64,000 nucleotides of DNA from a virus. Location of the stretch: positions 32,001 to 96,000 of IMG/VR virus record IMGVR_UViG_3300028025_000091, one strand, 5' to 3'. A program made the position numbers and the translations under genes. Below are positions 1-9,651 of this stretch, piece after piece. The notes under the pieces are model-generated. The model was not told where the DNA came from. It saw only the letters and a program-made list of their open reading frames with translations, and did no database searches. The number at the start of each line of letters is the position of its first letter. Positions within the stretch are counted from its first letter, which is position 1.

Positions 1-1236
1 GTTGTTAATAACAGCACAGTCAACCAAACTATTATCAGTAGTAGTGTAAATAATGTTGCTCCATCTAATCAATATATCCAATATAACAGTGCTAGTGCTT
101 TTGGAGCGAGTGCTAATTTTCAATATGTTTATCCAAACGAAAGTTTTCAACAAGGATTAAGTGTTATAGCATCTGGTAATTATTCTCATGCCCAAGGAAA
201 AGGTACGATTGCTTCTGGAAATAATTCTCATGCTGAAGGAGAATCTACATTATCTATTGGTATTAGTTCTCATGCTGAAGGATATTTTACTTCTGCATCT
301 GCTGGTTATTCACATGCTGAAGGAAATACAACTAGAGCAACTGCCCCATATGCACATTCCGAAGGAAATTTAACCTTAGCAAGTGCTACAGCATCTCATG
401 CTGAAGGAAGTGCTACTACATCTAGTGGTATTTTTTCACATGCTGAGGGTGTAGGTACTGTATCTCTAGATGTAGGAGCCCACTCAGAAGGATCTTCTAC
501 AATGGCTCGTTCCCCATATTCCCATGCTGAAGGATATTTAACTACATCATCCGGTCAATTTTCTCATACTGAAGGAGGATCAACAAGAACAACAGCAACT
601 TACGCTCATGCTGAAGGACAAAATACTCTAGCATCCAACCAATCTTCTCATGCTGAAGGATATTTTGTTACAGCATCGGGTATATATTCACATGCTGAAG
701 GTGAATCCACCAGAGCTATAGCCCAATCATCACATGCTGAAGGCTCAACCAATCTAGCCTCAGGACAAGGATCACATGTTGAAGGTATATTTAATACATC
801 TTCTGGAAATTATTCCCATGCAGAAGGAGGTGGATCAAAAGCATTAGGACTTTATTCACATGCTGAAGGATCTTCTAATACTGCTTTTGGAATTGGAGCC
901 CATGCTGAAGGATTTAATACTTACGCCCTTGGAAATCAGTCCCATACTGAAGGACAATATACTATAGCTTCAGGTTCTTATCAACATGTACAAGGACAAT
1001 ACAATACTCAAGGAGATTCAACATCTTTATTAATTGTAGGAAATGGAACATCTACTGTAGCTCGTAAAGATGCATTTAAAGTAAGAATGTCTGGTTCTAT
1101 TGTTTTACCTACAACTCAATCAACTGCTCCATCTTGGACAGGTACAGATGGAGAAATTGTTCCCGCAACCGTAGGAGGTGTTCATCGACTTTATATGTGG
1201 ATGTCTGGAGCATGGAGATCATCTACATTCTCTTAA
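1..1236 (+). CDS. Tail fibre/adhesin-like protein with 14-aa SHAEG repeats (YadA-head-like beta-roll), 5'-truncated by the window
   Basis: Frame 1 is open from base 1 (VVNNSTVNQT...) into the listed 502..1236 ORF. It has more than 15 tandem 14-aa units of the form xxASGxxSHAEGxx, followed by an IVGNGTS...RKDAFKV neck-like segment. Confidence 0.75.
   Translation, partial: VVNNSTVNQTIISSSVNNVAPSNQYIQYNSASAFGASANFQYVYPNESFQQGLSVIASGNYSHAQGKGTIASGNNSHAEGESTLSIGISSHAEGYFTSASAGYSHAEGNTTRATAPYAHSEGNLTLASATASHAEGSATTSSGIFSHAEGVGTVSLDVGAHSEGSSTMARSPYSHAEGYLTTSSGQFSHTEGGSTRTTATYAHAEGQNTLASNQSSHAEGYFVTASGIYSHAEGESTRAIAQSSHAEGSTNLASGQGSHVEGIFNTSSGNYSHAEGGGSKALGLYSHAEGSSNTAFGIGAHAEGFNTYALGNQSHTEGQYTIASGSYQHVQGQYNTQGDSTSLLIVGNGTSTVARKDAFKVRMSGSIVLPTTQSTAPSWTGTDGEIVPATVGGVHRLYMWMSGAWRSSTFS
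170..1000 (+). repeat. Degenerate 42-bp coding tandem repeat (core tctcatgctgaagga)
   Basis: The core (t/c)catgctgaagg recurs at 42-nt periodicity and encodes SHAEG. Confidence 0.85.
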
Positions 1237-1246
1237 AATTTAATTT

Positions 1247-1705
1247 ATGAAAAATTGGTTATATGAAAACAGGGAAATCCAAGAAATAACAGATTTCCCT
1301 GAAGACACATTTGGTTTTATTTATATTACTACTCACATCCCAACAGGTAATTCATATCTAGGAAAAAAATCGTTATACCATAACGTTAAGAAAAAACTAG
1401 GTAAAAAAGAATTAGCTGAACAACCTGTAACTAGAGGTAGAAAATCCACCACAAAACAAATTACGAAAGAATCTGATTGGAAAACCTATTTTGGTTCAGC
1501 TAAACCTATCCTTGAATTAATAAAACAAGGTAAACAAGACGAATTCAAACGTAAAATTCTACATTTTGTAGCCAATAAAAAACTACTTACATATTACGAA
1601 TGTAAATATCTATTTCAATTAGGCGTTTTAGAAAAACCTAATGAATGGATAAACGATAATATTTTAGGTAAGTTTTTCCGAAAAGACTTTGTTTCCCAAG
1701 ACTAG
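1247..1705 (+). CDS. GIY-YIG family endonuclease (T4 endonuclease II/DenA-like)
   Basis: GFIY...YLGKK motif, ESDWKTYFGS, LTYYE and C-terminal N-D-N-I. Confidence 0.75.
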   Translation: MKNWLYENREIQEITDFPEDTFGFIYITTHIPTGNSYLGKKSLYHNVKKKLGKKELAEQPVTRGRKSTTKQITKESDWKTYFGSAKPILELIKQGKQDEFKRKILHFVANKKLLTYYECKYLFQLGVLEKPNEWINDNILGKFFRKDFVSQD

Positions 1706-1718
1706 GTTCATATCTTGG
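1688..1718 (+). promoter_or_regulatory. Bacteroidota sigma70-like promoter (TTTG-N19-TATCTTGG) upstream of primase
   Basis: TTTG 1688-1691 and TATCTTGG 1711-1718 resemble the -33 TTTG / -7 TAnnTTTG consensus. Confidence 0.6.
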
Positions 1719-1723
1719 CATCC

Positions 1724-2653
1724 ATGGTAAATGAACTATTAGTTAATCTAGTCAATGGTGTTTTAGGTACTGGAAAACGTACCGCAAGAGGAAATCAATC
1801 CTATACTTGTCCATTTTGCCATCACCATAAACCAAAACTCGAAGTAAACTTTACTGAAAATACAGAAGGAATTAACCAATGGGCTTGTTGGGCTTGTGGT
1901 AAGAAAGGTAAAACCATAAGAAGTTTATTTAAACAAGTACAAGTTGATGCTAGTTACTTTCAGGAATTAAGTAAGTTAGTTAAAAATGTTTCTCGTGATG
2001 ATATAGGTGAGGTAAAACAATCCATACTTGAACTTCCAAAAGAATATAAATCTTTCTTAAACAATAAAGATATTATTGCAAGACATGCTCTTGCTTATCT
2101 TAAAAAGAGAAACATTACAAAACAAGATATTCTCAAATACAACATAGGCTACTGCAATTCAGGTCAATATGCTAAAATGATAGTTATACCCTCATATGAT
2201 GCTAACGGTAAATTAAATTATTTCACCGCAAGATCATTCGAGAAAGATCCTTACACCAAATACCGCAATCCCGAAACGTCTCGCGATATTATACCGTTTG
2301 AATTGTTTATTAATTGGGATTTACCAATCATATTATGTGAAGGACCATTTGATGCTATTGCTATAAAACGTAATGCTGTACCATTATTTGGTAAAAATAT
2401 TCAAGCTAGTTTGATGAAAAAGCTAGTAGAATCTAAAGTACAAAAAATATATATTGCCCTAGATAATGATGCTGTTAAACAAGCCCTTGGCTTCTGCGAA
2501 CAGCTTTTAGACATTGGAAAGGAAGTCTACTTGGTAGAACTAGAAGGTAAAGATCCTAGTGATATGGGATTTGAAAACTTCACCAAATTAGTACAAACCG
2601 TTTCTCCGTTAACACAATATAAACTGATGGAGAAAAAATTATCTATAATATGA
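1724..2653 (+). CDS. dnaG: DNA primase (Zn-finger + TOPRIM)
   Basis: CPFC...WACWAC zinc-binding domain, plus CEGPFD, ALDND and KDPSD TOPRIM motifs. ATG 1724 is preferred over TTG 1715, which lies inside the promoter. Confidence 0.9.
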   Translation: MVNELLVNLVNGVLGTGKRTARGNQSYTCPFCHHHKPKLEVNFTENTEGINQWACWACGKKGKTIRSLFKQVQVDASYFQELSKLVKNVSRDDIGEVKQSILELPKEYKSFLNNKDIIARHALAYLKKRNITKQDILKYNIGYCNSGQYAKMIVIPSYDANGKLNYFTARSFEKDPYTKYRNPETSRDIIPFELFINWDLPIILCEGPFDAIAIKRNAVPLFGKNIQASLMKKLVESKVQKIYIALDNDAVKQALGFCEQLLDIGKEVYLVELEGKDPSDMGFENFTKLVQTVSPLTQYKLMEKKLSII

Positions 2654-3423
2654 AAAAACGTAATATTAAACACGTTAATAATCGCATTCTTGAGATTTCA
2701 GATGATGCAAAACAAATTACATTACCCGATTCTAGATACTACAGACGAAATGGAGAATATTATCCTTCAATTACACACGTTTTAAGTTGTTATCCAAAAG
2801 GTAAACACTTTGAAGAATGGTTAAAAAACATGGGTCGTTCAGCTGATTACATTGTTAGAAAAGCTGGTGAAGATGGAACTAAAGTACATGAAATGATTGA
2901 GGAATATTTAGAAGGTAAAGAAATGAACTTTTTAAATGCATCTGGATACCCACAATATGATCCATCTATTTGGCAAATGTTCTTACGTTTTGTTGATTTT
3001 TGGGAAACTCATCAACCTGAATTGATTGATCAAGAAATCCACTTATTCTCAGATGAACTTAGAGTAGCAGGTACAACAGATTTAGTTTGTAGAATTGATA
3101 ATTCTTTATGGATTATTGATCATAAAACCTCAAACCATATCCAAACTACTTATGAATTACAAGCAGCAGTTTATGCTCATTGTTATGAAGAATGTTTTGG
3201 TGTTAAACCTGATAAAACTGGTATTTTATGGTTAAAATCAAACAAACGTAAAGCGTCTAAAGATAAAATGCAAGGTAAAGGATGGGAAATGATTTTACCA
3301 TCTCGCACACAAGAAGAAAATATTGAAATCTTTAAAACAGTAAAACGTCTATTTGATTTAGAAAATCCAAATGAAGCACCTATATTTACTGAATTTAAAA
3401 CGAGCGTTAAGAAAGAGGCGTAA
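2650..3423 (+). CDS. PD-(D/E)XK exonuclease (phage Cas4/RecB-like)
   Basis: YPSITHVL, GTKVH, E, AGTTD, IIDHKTS and ELQAAVYA motifs. Confidence 0.85.
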   Translation: MKKRNIKHVNNRILEISDDAKQITLPDSRYYRRNGEYYPSITHVLSCYPKGKHFEEWLKNMGRSADYIVRKAGEDGTKVHEMIEEYLEGKEMNFLNASGYPQYDPSIWQMFLRFVDFWETHQPELIDQEIHLFSDELRVAGTTDLVCRIDNSLWIIDHKTSNHIQTTYELQAAVYAHCYEECFGVKPDKTGILWLKSNKRKASKDKMQGKGWEMILPSRTQEENIEIFKTVKRLFDLENPNEAPIFTEFKTSVKKEA

Positions 3424-3434
3424 TATGTATAATT

Positions 3435-4190
3435 ATGATAAGTCTAGTTCAATTATTGAAGGAAGTAAAAGGTACTCCTAAAGCTATATTTTTAGCTGGT
3501 CCTGCGGGAAGTGGAAAATCCTATATATCTTCTAAACTTATCCCCAATACATTTACAGTTATCAATTCAGATGACACTTACGAAGAGTTATTAAAAGCAA
3601 GTGGAATTGGTTTAAAACAAAAAGATTTTACACCTGACCAATTATCTCAAGCTTCTAAATTACAAGCACAAGCTAGAAAAGTTACTCAAGACAAACTAGC
3701 TAAATCAGTAGAAGATAAAAATAATATTGTTATTGATGGAACTGGTGCTGCATCTGGACCTGTATTAAAGAAAAAACAACAACTAGAAGATTTAGGGTAT
3801 GAAACATTGATGTTAATGATCTATGTTTCTCCCTTAACTTCACTTGAACGTAATCAAGAACGTGATAGAAGTTTGATGCCTGGAATTGTATTACGTACTT
3901 GGAGAGATGTAAATAAAAATATTGAAACGTATAAACAAGCGTTTGGTAATAATTTTATCTTATTAAACAACAATCCAAAAGACGCTAAACAAGAGTTTAA
4001 CACTGATTTGCTTGAACCATATATTCAAGCATCTACAGCTGTAGGTAAACCTAAAACACCTGAAGAACAAGCAAAATCAGATGCTGAAAAAGCTCAATTG
4101 AATAAAGATATTGAATCTATGGTTAATCAATTACCTAAATTTGATACTCTAGATACAGCTAAAAATAAAATAAATGAATTCGTTAGTTAA
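3435..4190 (+). CDS. P-loop kinase (zeta-toxin/AAA_33-like) with putative capsid-targeting leader
   Basis: Walker A GPAGSGKS, INSDD, VIDGT and RNQERDR lid; N-terminus MISLVQLLKE. Confidence 0.8.
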   Translation: MISLVQLLKEVKGTPKAIFLAGPAGSGKSYISSKLIPNTFTVINSDDTYEELLKASGIGLKQKDFTPDQLSQASKLQAQARKVTQDKLAKSVEDKNNIVIDGTGAASGPVLKKKQQLEDLGYETLMLMIYVSPLTSLERNQERDRSLMPGIVLRTWRDVNKNIETYKQAFGNNFILLNNNPKDAKQEFNTDLLEPYIQASTAVGKPKTPEEQAKSDAEKAQLNKDIESMVNQLPKFDTLDTAKNKINEFVS

Positions 4191-5871
4191 AGCGCTTATA
4201 CAACCTCTATTAGAAGCAATGCAGAATGGTATTGCTTTAGTACCTGGTGGTTTTAAACCGCCTACAATTGGTCATTTTGCATTGGTAGATGAAGTAGCAA
4301 AATACCCTGGAGTAGATAAAGTGATTGTTCTTATAGGACATAAAACACGTGATGGGGTAACTAAAGAAGAAAGTAAAGCGATATGGGATATTTACAAAAA
4401 ATATCTTCCTTCAAACGTTGAAATACAAATAGCAGATAATGCATCCCCAATTTCAGACGTTGGATCACTAATCAAAAATAATCCGGACACAATGTACTAT
4501 CCTGTAGTAGGGATTAGAGGTGAAATGGATTTAGGTGATTTGAAACGTTTTGATAGCATGAAAGGAAAGTATGAAAATTTTAAACCTATCGTTATTAAAT
4601 CAGAAGAAAGTGAAGACCGTATTAGTGGTACAAACACACGTGCTGCCTTAATTGGTGGGGAAAAAGAAAGATTCCAAACATACCTCCCAACTGAACTCTC
4701 AGATAAAGAAAAAGATGAAGTTTGGAATATATTACAAAAATCCCCTATTGAAGAAATGTATGCTGAACCAAGCAAGTTTAGCTACCCTCCAATGATTAAA
4801 TCACTTACAGAATATATGTTAGATAAAGGTATGAATATTCGTCCTTTACCTAAAGTAAAATTTGTAGATGATGATGCTGAAAACGCTCAAAATTTCTTTG
4901 GTAAAACAGCGTATTATGACCCAAATGAACGCGTTATAGTACTTTACACATATGGACGCCATCCAAAAGATGTTATGCGTTCATACGCGCACGAAATGGT
5001 TCATCATATGCAAAACTGTGATAATCGTTTACAAAATATTTCAACCCAAAATACAAACGAAGAAGGTGATTTACCTGAAATCGAAAGAGAAGCATACGAA
5101 AAAGGAAATATGACTTTCCGTAATTGGACAGATACACTAACTGAAGGTGTATTTGGAGACAGAATAGTATGTGATAATTGTGATTGGAGTTGGAAAATAA
5201 AAGATGGTGGAGATGATTTATACATTTGTCATAAATGTGGGCATGATAATACTCCAACCCCATTAAATGAAGGCCGTTACGATAAAATTACAAATGTTAT
5301 TTCCTCTAAAATCTTTAACCAATGGAGAGAAGATTTTAACAATGGTGCTAAAGCATCTCGTTTAGAACAATTTTTCCCATTTGAAGGTGAAGATATAGAC
5401 ATAGACGCTAATATATCCTTCATTCCAGGAATAGGAGTACTTAGAGTAGATGGAGGTGCTGATGATCAAACAAATTATATTGAAGTAAGATTTGAAATAG
5501 ACCCCGAAAAGCTTCCTGAATTCTGGGAAGAAATTTCAATGAATTTAAAAGATGTTATTCGCCATGAAATAGAACATTTAACTCACGGTGAAGGTGGCTT
5601 ATCTAACCCAGCTAAATATATGGAAGATGATACACTTATTCGTAAAATAATTGATGCTAAATTGTTATCACCTGCTCAATATTTTAAATTAGAAAAAGAA
5701 ATAGATGCTAACCTACAAGGAATGTATCTACGTGCTAAAAAAGAAAAACGTGAATTTAAAGATGTTATAGACACTTATTTGGATGCTCAAGATATAACAC
5801 CTGAAGAAAAAGAAGAAATACTAGATCTTTGGAGAAGCAGATTACCTGCATTAAATTTGCCCAAATTTTAA
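4174..5871 (+). CDS. Multidomain protein: HIGH-family nucleotidyltransferase + HEXXH domain + Zn ribbon + second HEXXH domain
   Basis: PGGFKPPTIGH and ISGT-x-x-R (cytidylyltransferase-like), then HEMVH, CDNC..CHKC and HEIEH. Confidence 0.75.
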   Translation: MNSLVKALIQPLLEAMQNGIALVPGGFKPPTIGHFALVDEVAKYPGVDKVIVLIGHKTRDGVTKEESKAIWDIYKKYLPSNVEIQIADNASPISDVGSLIKNNPDTMYYPVVGIRGEMDLGDLKRFDSMKGKYENFKPIVIKSEESEDRISGTNTRAALIGGEKERFQTYLPTELSDKEKDEVWNILQKSPIEEMYAEPSKFSYPPMIKSLTEYMLDKGMNIRPLPKVKFVDDDAENAQNFFGKTAYYDPNERVIVLYTYGRHPKDVMRSYAHEMVHHMQNCDNRLQNISTQNTNEEGDLPEIEREAYEKGNMTFRNWTDTLTEGVFGDRIVCDNCDWSWKIKDGGDDLYICHKCGHDNTPTPLNEGRYDKITNVISSKIFNQWREDFNNGAKASRLEQFFPFEGEDIDIDANISFIPGIGVLRVDGGADDQTNYIEVRFEIDPEKLPEFWEEISMNLKDVIRHEIEHLTHGEGGLSNPAKYMEDDTLIRKIIDAKLLSPAQYFKLEKEIDANLQGMYLRAKKEKREFKDVIDTYLDAQDITPEEKEEILDLWRSRLPALNLPKF

Positions 5872-5872
5872 T

Positions 5873-6406
5873 ATGAAAAAAACACCTACATTATTAGACT
5901 TATACGAGGCCATTAAACCCAAATATACCATTTTTTGTGATATGGATGGTGTGTTAGTTGACTTTGATAAAGGATATGAAGAATTAACGGGTAAACATAC
6001 TAAACACGTTGATTTACAAGACAAAAACGAATTTTGGAGTTTATTAAATCGTAGTTTAAAAGAAAAAGATTTAACAGAATATGATTATTGGGTAAATCTA
6101 GAATGGATGCCTGATGGACAAACACTTTGGGACTATATTAAAGGATACAACCCATATATATTAACGGCTCCTTCAAGAGATCCTGGTTCTAGACAAGGAA
6201 AAACTGAATGGGTTACTCGTTTAGATGGTATGAAAAAATTATATTTTAAACCGGCTTATGCTAAAGCAGAATATGCTGGTAAAAATCGTATACTTATAGA
6301 CGATAGACAAGACACCATTGATAAATGGAATGCTAATGGAGGTATAGGAATTTTTCACACCTCAGCAGCAAACACAATTAAACAACTTCAAAAATTAGGA
6401 CTATAA
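5873..6406 (+). CDS. HAD-family 5'(3')-deoxyribonucleotidase-like phosphatase
   Basis: FCDMDGVLVD, ILTAP, K and LIDDR motifs, ending W...GGIGI. Confidence 0.85.
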   Translation: MKKTPTLLDLYEAIKPKYTIFCDMDGVLVDFDKGYEELTGKHTKHVDLQDKNEFWSLLNRSLKEKDLTEYDYWVNLEWMPDGQTLWDYIKGYNPYILTAPSRDPGSRQGKTEWVTRLDGMKKLYFKPAYAKAEYAGKNRILIDDRQDTIDKWNANGGIGIFHTSAANTIKQLQKLGL

Positions 6407-6978
6407 TGTCAGATTCAGTTTTAAAAAAAGAATTCCAAAAAAGAGACGTAGAACGTTTACGCAACCTGGTAGCAGGTAAACATGGTAATCGTACTACTAT
6501 GGGAATTGGTTATAATGGACCCCAAGAAGAGGAACATAAAGAAGGTGATGTTTGGCAACAAGGTGGTAGAACTTGGACTATTAAAGACGGTATTAAAGAA
6601 AATGTTACTAAGTTAGATAAATTTAAAAAAGTAGCAGTTCCATTATTTTGTCCAAATTGTAAACAAGTAATGGATAAACAATTAGATCCATTTTATTATA
6701 AATCTTATGGTGAATGTTTAGACTGTAGAACAGTTACTGAAACAAAATTAAAAGTTTCGGGTGAATGGCAAGATCATATTAATGAAACATTCAATGCTGA
6801 AATTGATCAACAAATAGAAGAATATAAAAGTTACTTTGAAAATATCCTTTCAGAAGGTAATGAAGGATATGTTTCCGAAAATGGTGAAGTACAAAAATGG
6901 GTTGGTGGAATAGATAGAGAACGTGCAGAACACGCTCTAAGTGAAATGATTAAACATTTAAACTCCCTTAAAAAATAA
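6406..6978 (+). CDS. Hypothetical protein with CPNC/CLDC zinc finger
   Basis: The ORF is translationally coupled (TAATG) and has four Cys in two CxxC pairs. Confidence 0.7.
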   Translation: MSDSVLKKEFQKRDVERLRNLVAGKHGNRTTMGIGYNGPQEEEHKEGDVWQQGGRTWTIKDGIKENVTKLDKFKKVAVPLFCPNCKQVMDKQLDPFYYKSYGECLDCRTVTETKLKVSGEWQDHINETFNAEIDQQIEEYKSYFENILSEGNEGYVSENGEVQKWVGGIDRERAEHALSEMIKHLNSLKK

Positions 6979-7601
6979 TGGAAACTTTTGCAATGGTAAC
7001 TACAATTGCTGTAGCGTTAATAACAGCAGTATTTGGCCCAATTATAGTAAATTGGGCTAGATTGAAAATGGAAAAGAAAACTAAAGTAACCCCAATGAGA
7101 GAGGCCCTAGAAGCCTCTACTTTAGTTGATAGTCAACTTGAAATCATTCTTGATGAATTAAAATGTGATAGGGTATGGTTACAACAATTCCATAATGGAG
7201 GCCATTTTTACCCTACAGGTAAATCCATTCAAAAATTCTCTATATTTTACGAGAAAACAACCCCAGATCTACCTCATCTGCAACACACATTTCAAAACAT
7301 CCCAGTATCTTTATTCCCTAGAGTGTTATCTAAAATATATCAAGATAACGAAATTGCAATAGATGATGTATCTACATCAGAAGATACTTATGGTTTAGAA
7401 TACATGACTACCAATTTTGGAACCAAATCAGTATGTATGCTTGGCTTATATAGTTTAGATGACCATTTAATTGGTGTGTTAGGTATTTCATTTAAAAAGG
7501 CTCATCATTTGAAAAGAGATGAATGGGTTCTTATTAGACAGAAAGCAGGAGTTATAGGAACACTAATTTCCGAATATTTATACGCAACAACTAAGAAATA
7601 A
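6978..7601 (+). CDS. Membrane-anchored GAF-like protein, probable T4 gpT-type holin
   Basis: A single N-terminal TM helix is followed by a DRVW..QFHNG...IGVLGISF GAF-like domain, which is the architecture of T4 holin T. Confidence 0.5.
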   Translation: METFAMVTTIAVALITAVFGPIIVNWARLKMEKKTKVTPMREALEASTLVDSQLEIILDELKCDRVWLQQFHNGGHFYPTGKSIQKFSIFYEKTTPDLPHLQHTFQNIPVSLFPRVLSKIYQDNEIAIDDVSTSEDTYGLEYMTTNFGTKSVCMLGLYSLDDHLIGVLGISFKKAHHLKRDEWVLIRQKAGVIGTLISEYLYATTKK

Positions 7602-7605
7602 CTTA

Positions 7606-7615
7606 ATATTTATAA
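7606..7615 (+). promoter_or_regulatory. Putative late promoter motif ATATTTATAA (representative copy)
   Basis: The same or near-identical motif occurs shortly before ATGs at 3423, 11111, 15467, 20616, 27303, 28049, 31221, 31525, 33346, 35102, 37897, 38284, 39342, 41627, 56863 and 61601, and ~100 nt before the scaffold ATG at 24143. Confidence 0.75.
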
Positions 7616-7619
7616 TAAA

Positions 7620-8207
7620 ATGGCAGATAATTTTGACCTAAAAAAATTCTTAAAAGAAAGCAAAGCTCTTGAGAATTTAAATCCTTCAATGAAATCAGTT
7701 AACGAAAACGAATCTCGTGAAGAGAGAGCTGACGTAGACAAATACGAATACGAAAAAGGAAAAAAAGCTGGTAAACGCGAAGATATGAAAGCAAAAATCA
7801 AAGAAATGATTGTTGCTGAATTAGCTGAAGAAGTTACTACTGATAATGCAGATACAGATGATGCAGCCTTAAATGCTGATTATAGTTTTCTAGCTGAAGA
7901 AGGTGAGGAAGTAGAAGAAGCTAAGAAAAAAGATAAAGAAGCTGATGTAGAAGACGTTGAAGTAACTGATACTGACGTTGAAGATGTTTCTATGGAAGAC
8001 GAAATTCCTGCTGAAGAAGCACCTGCTGCTGATGGCGGAATCGAAGACTTAGCAGCTGATATGAAAGGTACAGAAGCAGATCTTATGGACCATTTAATGA
8101 AAGCATTCCAGATTGCCAAAGGAATGCAAAATGAAAAACTTGAAACACAAGTAGGAAATACACTGAAATTCTTCGTTAGCGAATATATCGGTGGAGGTGA
8201 GCAATAA
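7620..8207 (+). CDS. Acidic hypothetical protein (putative head/core protein)
   Basis: E/D-rich, multiple L/V-x-E sites, preceded by the late motif. Confidence 0.65.
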   Translation: MADNFDLKKFLKESKALENLNPSMKSVNENESREERADVDKYEYEKGKKAGKREDMKAKIKEMIVAELAEEVTTDNADTDDAALNADYSFLAEEGEEVEEAKKKDKEADVEDVEVTDTDVEDVSMEDEIPAEEAPAADGGIEDLAADMKGTEADLMDHLMKAFQIAKGMQNEKLETQVGNTLKFFVSEYIGGGEQ

Positions 8208-8231
8208 TTAAATCTATAATAAATCAAATCT

Positions 8232-8402
8232 ATGAACACAACAGAAATTTTAAACGCAATCAAAGAAGAATTAGTTACATTAGAGGCTGAACATGGTAAA
8301 ACATCTAAAGCAGCTCGTGGACGCGCACGTAGCGCAGCTAATTCAATTAAAAAATTGGCAGCTGAATTTAAAAAGACTTCAACTGCTGAAGACAAAGCTT
8401 AA
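8232..8402 (+). CDS. Histone H1-like (Hc1-family) small DNA-binding protein, 56 aa, not in the ORF track
   Basis: Translates to MNTTEILNAIKEELVTLEAEHGKTSKAARGRARSAANSIKKLAAEFKKTSTAEDKA. The KAAxxRARxA...KKLAxEFxKxS pattern resembles Bacteroidota Hc1-like proteins. Confidence 0.7.
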   Translation: MNTTEILNAIKEELVTLEAEHGKTSKAARGRARSAANSIKKLAAEFKKTSTAEDKA

Positions 8403-8404
8403 CA

Positions 8405-9184
8405 ATGAAACTACACGAGGCATTTTCACCGGAGGAGTCTAATAAAATATATTCAAACTTTTTGGCAATCGTAAATGATCCAAAACGTAGAGATAAATTA
8501 GTTAGAAAACATGGTGCAAATGCCGAGAATGTAGCTTATGGTACTGCTGTTAATCAAGTGAAACGAAAAGCAGCTAATACAATTGAAGAACCCCAACCTG
8601 AAGAAACAATGGAAGATTCTAAATTAAAAGAAATGGTTATTGATGCTTTAACTGAAAAGAAAAAATCATTCCCTGATTTGACCGGAGACGGTAAAGTAAC
8701 TAAAGCCGATATTTTAAAAGCACGTGGTGTTGAATTAGATGAAGATTTAGATCTAGGTCATCAAGATAATGAACCACATATGCTTAAAGCTGATCTGTAT
8801 CGTATTGGAAAATATGCTATGGAACTTTACAAAATGGTTGATCAGTTTGAAGGTGAACAAGAAGTTGACTTCCCACACTGGTGGCAAGCAAAAATTATTG
8901 AAGCCAAAGACATGCTAGTTTCAGCTAAACATTATCTTGATTTTGAAACAAAAGAATCTCAATTAGATGCTATGGTAGACGTAGCTTCAGAAGAAGGTGC
9001 TATTGACGAAAAATTAAAACCTTCTATGGGTGCAGGTGAATATGTTAAAGATTTTAGAACATCTAAAGCACCTCAATTTAAAGGTAAATCAAAAGCGAAA
9101 AAAAGTAAAATGGCTGTAGCTGCTTATTTATCTGCTAAAGATAAAATTAAAGAAACTATTTTAGCTAAACTTAAAAATAAATAA
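8405..9184 (+). CDS. Hypothetical modular head protein with EF-hand-like DLTGDGKVT motif
   Basis: Short modules are separated by LTE, LDE and IDE sites; contains FPDLTGDGKVTKADIL. Confidence 0.6.
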   Translation: MKLHEAFSPEESNKIYSNFLAIVNDPKRRDKLVRKHGANAENVAYGTAVNQVKRKAANTIEEPQPEETMEDSKLKEMVIDALTEKKKSFPDLTGDGKVTKADILKARGVELDEDLDLGHQDNEPHMLKADLYRIGKYAMELYKMVDQFEGEQEVDFPHWWQAKIIEAKDMLVSAKHYLDFETKESQLDAMVDVASEEGAIDEKLKPSMGAGEYVKDFRTSKAPQFKGKSKAKKSKMAVAAYLSAKDKIKETILAKLKNK

Positions 9185-9651
9185 TGGATAGCAACGAACT
9201 TAAAAATAGACTTAAGGTATTAGTTAAGCAAGTGTACTCCAATAGGACAGTTACACCTGAAGAAGCCGTTCAATATGATGAACTAACAAAATTCCCTGAG
9301 CTAAAAGCAGTTATCGTTGACCTATTAACCCCAGAATATGATAGCTTTTTAGCTTCAATTGATTGGGTTGCTCCTCGTCCTACTACATTCCGTATCAACT
9401 TAAAAAACGATCAATCATTTTATTTGATATATGGTAAACGTAGTTGGGTTGCTCAAGTAGCAGGCAAAAAATATTATTTACTCAATTTACCTGAAGAAGA
9501 AAGAGCATCAGAAGCGATTGCAAATCTTTTACGTTTTGGGGCTAAAGCAGCAGCTGAAGAAACAGGAGCAGGAATTGATAGTCTTGAAACTCCAGCTGAA
9601 ACTCCATCTGAAACACCACCAATCGAAACACCAGAAGAAACACCAGCATAA
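9184..9651 (+). CDS. Hypothetical protein with ETP-repeat acidic tail
   Basis: The ORF is coupled by TAATG at both ends; the C-terminus is ETPAETPSETPPIETPEETPA. Confidence 0.7.
   Translation: MDSNELKNRLKVLVKQVYSNRTVTPEEAVQYDELTKFPELKAVIVDLLTPEYDSFLASIDWVAPRPTTFRINLKNDQSFYLIYGKRSWVAQVAGKKYYLLNLPEEERASEAIANLLRFGAKAAAEETGAGIDSLETPAETPSETPPIETPEETPA

Noticed and set aside
188-373. Short alternative-frame plus-strand ORFs (188, 7165, 9518, 26251, 45678, 51826, 54553)
   Set aside because: They are nested out of frame in well-supported genes and have no independent coding signal.
170-1000. 42-bp periodic repeat as a CRISPR array
   Set aside because: The repeats are degenerate at third codon positions and encode SHAEG protein repeats; there are no cas genes.
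3435-4190. Zeta toxin-antitoxin system
   Set aside because: Only the general P-loop kinase fold is supported; no epsilon-like antitoxin is evident and the substrate is unknown.
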